From contig SAIW01000006.1 in the NCBI GenBank assembly GCA_004028795.1, positions 613,541-677,540 of the forward strand: a stretch of DNA of 64,000 bases, given 5' to 3'. Shown one piece after another: positions 58,601-64,000 of this stretch. Made by a program: the position numbers and the translations under genes. The number at the start of each line of letters is the position of its first letter. Within the stretch, counting starts at the first letter, position 1. Origin of the DNA: Chitinophagaceae bacterium. GTDB lineage: Bacteria > Bacteroidota > Bacteroidia > Chitinophagales > Chitinophagaceae. A model generated the notes under the pieces. It made no database searches and was not told the DNA's origin. It worked only from the letters and a program-made list of their open reading frames with translations.

Positions 58601-58629
58601 GAAGCCTCAACTATTGAGGCTTCTTTTTT
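58601..58629. terminator. Bidirectional terminator, 10-bp stem, overlaps the last codons of the glycosylase gene
   Basis: GAAGCCTCAA-CTA-TTGAGGCTTC then TTTTTTG. Confidence 0.75.
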
Positions 58630-59231
58630 GTATCAGGTACATTATCTTTCCAATGCCATAAATACAAACAGGCATAAGTTCTGTATGGGGCCCACTTTGC
58701 AGACAAGGTTATCATTTTTTCTTTCAGCAATTTTTTATTGGTTTTGTCTAATTTATAAATGCCAATCATGGCATTCTGAATACCTAAATCATCAACAGAA
58801 AAAATATCTTCTCTACCTAAGCTAAACATTAAAAGCATTTCAACAGTCCATTGCCCAACCCCTTTTATTTGAGTGAGTAAGGCTATAATTTCTTCATTAC
58901 TCATTTTCATTAATCGCTTATCAGTTATTTTATGTTCAATACAAAATGCTGCTACATTTTGTATATAAGTAACCTTTGAATTACTTAAGCCAACAGCTCT
59001 TAATTTCTCAAAAGGCATAGCCAAAACCTGCTGTGGCTTTGGTTCTTTACCATTAAATAAATTTATAAAACGGCTATAAATTACGGCTGCTACTTTTGTG
59101 TTTAATTGCTGGCTCATAATACTTGCCATTAAACGCAAAGGAATATTTTTATGCAGCTTAATTGTTCTTATGGGCAAGTGTAAAAGCTTAGCTAACTTTT
59201 TATCTTTTTGTAAATGTTCAATATGCTTCAT
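58611..59231 (-). CDS. HhH-GPD DNA glycosylase (AlkA-like 3-methyladenine glycosylase II)
   Basis: Helix-hairpin-helix GVGQWTVEMLLMF and catalytic Asp region SVDDLGIQNAM. Confidence 0.8.
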   Translation of the reverse strand: MKHIEHLQKDKKLAKLLHLPIRTIKLHKNIPLRLMASIMSQQLNTKVAAVIYSRFINLFNGKEPKPQQVLAMPFEKLRAVGLSNSKVTYIQNVAAFCIEHKITDKRLMKMSNEEIIALLTQIKGVGQWTVEMLLMFSLGREDIFSVDDLGIQNAMIGIYKLDKTNKKLLKEKMITLSAKWAPYRTYACLYLWHWKDNVPDTKKKPQ

Positions 59232-59257
59232 TAAAACAAATTAGCAATTTTGAGTGA

Positions 59258-59917
59258 ATGAAGAGAGAAATTCTGATAACGAAAGATGGCAGCCAAACCA
59301 TTGCTATAGCCGAAATGAATGTTACTTACCATAGCATTCATGGTGCAATGCAGGAAAGTAAACATGTTTTTATTGAAACAGGTTTAATGCCTTTTATTCA
59401 ATTACAAGAGTATGCTGTTATCAGTATTTTTGAAATGGGCTTGGGTACCGGTTTAAATGCTTTACTTACTTATGAAGCAGCCGAACAATTAAAACAAAAG
59501 ATTGATTATACTTCAATAGAATTATTTCCTCTGCAGGTTGAAGAATACCAAAATTTACAATATGCAAATAAAAAAATGCTTCAACAATTACATGCATACA
59601 AATGGGAGCGGGATATTATGTTGAGTGATTATTTTTCACTGCATAAAACCAATCAATCATTACTCAGTTTTTCAACTGATAAAAAATTCAACTTAATTTA
59701 TTATGATGCTTTTGCACCTGCAGCACAGCCTGAACTGTGGACGGAAACCATTTTCAAAAAACTATTCTCTATGCTTGCCGCAAACGGCGTATTAGTAACT
59801 TATTGCAGTAAAAGTATTGTACAAAAAGCTATGAAAGCAGCAGGTTTTATTATTGAAAAAAAAGCAGGCCCACCCGGTAAAAGAGAAATTATCAAAGCCA
59901 TAAAAACTATTACTTAA
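59258..59917 (+). CDS. MnmD-like SAM-dependent methyltransferase (tRNA mnm5s2U34 biosynthesis, stand-alone MnmC C-domain homologue)
   Basis: GLGTGLN motif I and overall DUF752-like pattern. Confidence 0.6.
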   Translation: MKREILITKDGSQTIAIAEMNVTYHSIHGAMQESKHVFIETGLMPFIQLQEYAVISIFEMGLGTGLNALLTYEAAEQLKQKIDYTSIELFPLQVEEYQNLQYANKKMLQQLHAYKWERDIMLSDYFSLHKTNQSLLSFSTDKKFNLIYYDAFAPAAQPELWTETIFKKLFSMLAANGVLVTYCSKSIVQKAMKAAGFIIEKKAGPPGKREIIKAIKTIT

Positions 59918-59966
59918 TTTTTATGAGGGCATATTAAATTTATGTAGCTTCAATAAAAATTAACCT

Positions 59967-60392
59967 ATGCATAAGCTGATATTTTCTTCATTTATTTTAT
60001 TAATATGCTATACTGCAACTGCTCAAAATGCAGATGAAAAAGCCATCAGAGCTACTTTAGACAAACAACAAAAAGCATGGAATGAAGGAGATTTAGACAA
60101 ATTTATGATTGGCTATTGGAATAACGATAGCTTGATGTTCATTGGCAGTAACGGCCCTACTTATGGTTATGCTAAAACATTAGCCAATTATAAAAAGGGT
60201 TATCCGGATACAGCACACATGGGTAAGTTTACTTCAACCATCATCAGTATAAAAAAACTATCTGCCAAATATTATTTTGTTACAGGTAAATGGTATTTGA
60301 AAAGAACTGTAGGAGATGCAAGCGGGTATTATACTTTACTTTTCAAAAAAATTAATGGTAACTGGGTAATTATTGCAGACCACAGCAGCTAA
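59967..60392 (+). CDS. Secreted NTF2-like/SnoaL-like (DUF4440-type) protein
   Basis: Signal peptide; ATLDKQQKAWNEGDLDKFM pattern. Confidence 0.6.
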   Translation: MHKLIFSSFILLICYTATAQNADEKAIRATLDKQQKAWNEGDLDKFMIGYWNNDSLMFIGSNGPTYGYAKTLANYKKGYPDTAHMGKFTSTIISIKKLSAKYYFVTGKWYLKRTVGDASGYYTLLFKKINGNWVIIADHSS

Positions 60393-60443
60393 ATTTTTTA
60401 CTTTATAAAACATATCACCCTATTCACTTTATAAACTACACTT

Positions 60444-61346
60444 ATGGCACTCATCATTATTGGTATTATCATTTTTATTTTAGGTATAGCTTTAAAACGT
60501 TTCAGTAATCCTTTACCTAATTACGCTAAAACCATTACAGGCATTGGCATTGGCGTTGTATTGCTTGGCTTTCTTACATCTTGCATTAAACAGATTGGTG
60601 CAGGAGAAATTGGTGTAAAAAGTTTATTCGGAAAAGTACAGGACGATGTTTTAACCAGCGGGTTAAATGTTGTAAACCCTTTGGTTGAGGTAAAATCTGT
60701 TGACATTAAAACGCAGAACTATACCATGAGCGGCGTACACGATGAAGGAGATAAAGCAGGCGATGATGCGATAAGAGCCTTAACTGCAGACGGTTTAGAA
60801 GTGGTGATAGATTTAACTGTTTTATACAGAGTAGTTGCTGCCGAAGTACCCAGAATTGTAAAAGAAACAGGTCTTGATTACAAAGATAAAATTGTACGCC
60901 CTATAACCAGAACCAAAATACGTGATAATGCTGTGTACTATACTGCTGTTGATTTGTATTCAACTAAAAGAGATGAATTTCAAACTAAAATTTTTAAAGC
61001 TATTGAAGCAGATTTTAAACAACGTGGTTTTATGTTAGAACAATTATTGGTTAGAAATATTTCATTGCCTGCAACAGTTAAAGCATCCATAGAAGAAAAA
61101 ATTAAGGCTGAACAGGAAGCACAAAAAATGGAGTTTGTTTTGCAGAAAGAAAAGCAGGAAGCAGAACGCAAACGTGTAGAGGCACAAGGTATTGCAGACT
61201 ATCAACGTATTATCAGTTCCGGTTTAACAGATAAGCAATTGCAATATGAACAAATAAAAGCAATGAAAGAAATTGCCACATCGCCCAATGCCAAAACAAT
61301 TATTATGGGTAAAGGCTCTCCTGTTATTTTAGATGGTAAGAATTAG
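60444..61346 (+). CDS. SPFH/band-7 (prohibitin/HflC-like) protein
   Basis: N-terminal TM helix, SPFH core, C-terminal coiled coil. Confidence 0.8.
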   Translation: MALIIIGIIIFILGIALKRFSNPLPNYAKTITGIGIGVVLLGFLTSCIKQIGAGEIGVKSLFGKVQDDVLTSGLNVVNPLVEVKSVDIKTQNYTMSGVHDEGDKAGDDAIRALTADGLEVVIDLTVLYRVVAAEVPRIVKETGLDYKDKIVRPITRTKIRDNAVYYTAVDLYSTKRDEFQTKIFKAIEADFKQRGFMLEQLLVRNISLPATVKASIEEKIKAEQEAQKMEFVLQKEKQEAERKRVEAQGIADYQRIISSGLTDKQLQYEQIKAMKEIATSPNAKTIIMGKGSPVILDGKN

Positions 61347-61383
61347 TCTTTGAATAAATAAACTAACTTTAGAAAAAGTTTTT

Positions 61384-61605
61384 ATGAGCATTGCCGAACA
61401 AAAAGAGGATATTAAAAGGCTGATTGATGCTACTGAAAATGAAACATTGTTAATGCATTGGAAGCAGCAATTGGAGTGGGATGTAGAACATGAAAAAGAA
61501 TTTGTTCTTAGTAATGAAGAATTGCAGCTACTACAAAACAGTTTAGAAGCTTATGAAAAAGATAATACCATTTCATTAGCCGAGTTCATCGGTAAAAGAA
61601 AATGA
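61384..61605 (+). CDS. Small hypothetical protein
   Basis: 73-aa ORF 37 nt downstream of the SPFH gene. Confidence 0.4.
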   Translation: MSIAEQKEDIKRLIDATENETLLMHWKQQLEWDVEHEKEFVLSNEELQLLQNSLEAYEKDNTISLAEFIGKRK

Positions 61606-61657
61606 AAACCAACTTATAGCCAGATACTCTCTTTAAAAGCAGATGAAGGTGAAGCAG

Positions 61658-61906
61658 CTACCTTTCATTATACACATCATCTTCAAAGTTTAAAGGCTTA
61701 CTCCATAGTTTTATAATGTAGCGTAAATAAGCGGCAAGGCTTACTAAAAAGAAAAAGTAAAAAATAATATTACCCAGCTTAATCTTGTTTTCAATAAAAG
61801 CATAACTGTACATAATGCCGAAGGTTGAGTTAAGTATCATCCACAACAAACCCAACGATAAAGTGCGTACAATTCTTATTAAATATGCTTTTACGGCGGG
61901 TTCCAT
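61658..61906 (-). CDS. Small membrane protein
   Basis: Two predicted TM helices; lies 26 nt downstream of the M23 peptidase gene. Confidence 0.45.
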   Translation of the reverse strand: MEPAVKAYLIRIVRTLSLGLLWMILNSTFGIMYSYAFIENKIKLGNIIFYFFFLVSLAAYLRYIIKLWSKPLNFEDDVYNER

Positions 61907-61932
61907 AATACTGTATTATAGCTGCATAACAA

Positions 61933-62910
61933 CTAATCTAAACTTTGGTTGGCGGTAGCAGCCAATTTTAAAATTCTGTCAAACTGAGCCGGTGATAAAT
62001 CGTTGTAGAAATAATATATCGGGTCTACCGGTACACCGCTTCTGTGTACTTCATAATGGCAATGTGGCCCCGTGCTTTTACCCGTATTACCTACATAACC
62101 AATTACCTCTCCTCTTTTTATTGTTTGCCCCTGCCTTGCTTTAACTCGGTACATATGCCCGTATAAAGTTTGGTAACCATACCCATGATTAATCACTACT
62201 TTATTACCATAACCATCAGGCGAAAAGCCTGCTGCAGTAACGGTTCCATCTGCAGTGGCATAAACAGGCGTTCCTACTGAAGCCGTAAAATCGAGCCCCG
62301 CATGAAACTTTCTGACTTTATAAACCGGGTCAATACGGTTACCGAAACCACTCGCAATTCTGTTCAAGTCTTTATTGCTTACCGGTTGTATAGCAGGAAT
62401 GGCGAGTAATAGTTTCTCTTTATTCTTCACCATATTATCAATATCGTCGTAGCTGTTTTTTTCAAAAGCCAATCGCAGGCTTAAGTTATTCAACTGTGAA
62501 GTCATGCTTTTAACTAATTGGTCTTCAGTCATTGTTTGTACTAATTGTACTTCTTTCTTTACTTCATTATCTTTTACTCTGGCACTATCAGGTATGGGCG
62601 TTGCTTCAAATACAACCCGATAAACATTGTTATCCCTGTTCTCTAACTCATCCATCTGTAATTCCAACTGTTTAATACGTTCCTGCAATACAGCATAGTT
62701 TTCTTTCAAATCATTATTCTGTTGCCTTAACAGTTTTTCATTAGGGCTGCCGAGGTAATGAAAAATAACTAACACAATTATCAGCCCCGTAACAATGGAA
62801 GAAGCTATAAAACCAAATACCTGCAATAACCTAACCCTTAATTTGGTTTCAACTTTTTCATACCGCAGCGTATGTGTGTTATAGTAGTATTTTACTTTTT
62901 TTAAGGCCAT
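61933..62910 (-). CDS. M23-family metallopeptidase with N-terminal TM and coiled coil (EnvC-like)
   Basis: HAGLDF...GNTGKSTGPHCHYEV zinc-binding motifs. Confidence 0.85.
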   Translation of the reverse strand: MALKKVKYYYNTHTLRYEKVETKLRVRLLQVFGFIASSIVTGLIIVLVIFHYLGSPNEKLLRQQNNDLKENYAVLQERIKQLELQMDELENRDNNVYRVVFEATPIPDSARVKDNEVKKEVQLVQTMTEDQLVKSMTSQLNNLSLRLAFEKNSYDDIDNMVKNKEKLLLAIPAIQPVSNKDLNRIASGFGNRIDPVYKVRKFHAGLDFTASVGTPVYATADGTVTAAGFSPDGYGNKVVINHGYGYQTLYGHMYRVKARQGQTIKRGEVIGYVGNTGKSTGPHCHYEVHRSGVPVDPIYYFYNDLSPAQFDRILKLAATANQSLD

Positions 62911-63147
62911 TCAGATGTACGATATACGATGTGTTGTTGACGATTTAGCTACTCAAGTTCTACTTTCCATTTCCAATTTTCTATTTTCCATTTTCGACTC
63001 CCCATTCACCTTCCCCGCTTATCTTTGTCCACTTCTTGTTTAAAGAATTTCAAAGATACTTTTTACTGAACGATTATTGGTATAAAACAGTTTTGTTATG
63101 ATGACTTCGGGCGAAACGCAAGTTCTGCCAGACCAAAATAAAATAAC

Positions 63148-64000
63148 TATGACATCTGGCGAAATAAGGCAAACATTTTTAGATTTTTTTAAAAGCAAAG
63201 GACACACCATTGTGCCCTCTGCTCCTATTGTTGTAAAAAACGATCCTACGCTATTGTTTACCAATGCCGGCATGAATCAGTTTAAAGATTATTTTCTCGG
63301 CAATCAGCAATCTGCCCATACCCGTATTGCTGATACACAAAAATGTTTACGTGTTAGCGGTAAGCATAATGATTTAGAGGAAGTAGGGGTTGATACCTAT
63401 CACCATACCATGTTTGAAATGCTGGGCAACTGGAGTTTTGGCGATTATTTTAAAGCAGAAGCCATTGCATGGAGTTGGGAATTATTAACCGAACATTATA
63501 AGCTTGATAAGAGCAGATTATACGTTACCATTTTTGAAGGCGATGAAAAAGAAGGTTTATCGAAAGATGAAGAAGCCTTTAACGAATGGAAAAAAGTAAT
63601 TGATGAAGACAGAATTTTATTAGGCAATAAAAAAGATAATTTCTGGGAAATGGGCGATACAGGCCCATGCGGACCATGTACAGAAATACATTACGATTGC
63701 AGAATTAGTGAAGAAGAAAGAAAGTCAGTACCCGGCAATACCTTAGTAAATAGAGATCATCCGCAGGTAATTGAAATATGGAATAATGTGTTCATGCAGT
63801 TTAACCGTTTAAAAGACGGTACGCTGCAACCCTTACCGGCAAAGCATGTTGATACAGGTATGGGTTTTGAGCGTTTGGTACGTGTTATTCAAAACAAACA
63901 AAGCAATTATGATACGGATGTTTTTACGGGAACTATTGATGTAATAAGTAAAATAGTAGGTAAAGTTTATACAGCAGGTGATGATAAGCAAAGTGTTGCT
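63148..64000 (+). CDS. alaS: Alanine--tRNA ligase, N-terminal part (runs past the window end)
   Basis: [28 protein letters not shown]...; the HxxxH region is not yet reached. Alternative in-frame ATGs at 63098 and 63101. Confidence 0.85.

Noticed and set aside
63040-63273. 77-aa minus-strand ORF at the alaS start
   Set aside because: It overlaps the conserved N-terminus of alaS on the opposite strand and has no independent support.

Overview
AT-rich Bacteroidetes-type chromosomal segment, judged from the T9SS type-B sorting domain, separate ECF sigma and anti-sigma genes, and compact gene spacing. Housekeeping content: the rel C-terminal part, purA, gatA, tatCA, rplS, rny, zapA, pheT, dnaB, rsmE, rtcB, the mreBCD-mrdA-rodA rod-shape operon, a cluster of five readable tRNAs plus one unresolved 94-nt tRNA-like gene, and the alaS 5' end. 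Accessory features found: (1) an H-NOX haem sensor gene translationally coupled to a 1049-aa hybrid histidine kinase carrying an HNOBA domain, followed by a LytTR response regulator; (2) a ~85-bp element built from arrayed CACAAAG / CTTTGTG units, found just upstream of both rtcB and a minus-strand cluster (SplB-like radical SAM enzyme, TcmP-like partner, three-Cys Gp37/Gp68 protein) that lies next to LigT-like and umuDC genes; (3) a dispersed GC-rich intergenic repeat TACAAGTGTGCGACGCAAC with at least 6 copies, two of them in inverted orientation around an AT-rich orphan gene; (4) scrambled tRNA-like modules next to a two-gene islet (AAA+ ATPase plus a small protein I think resembles an RNase H fold); (5) a ParE/RelE-type toxin-antitoxin pair, an amber-interrupted outer membrane beta-barrel gene, a poly-Asp acidic protein and a 7-bp tandem repeat between mreB and mreC. 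All calls come from reading the ORF translations and the raw sequence by eye; no database search was possible.
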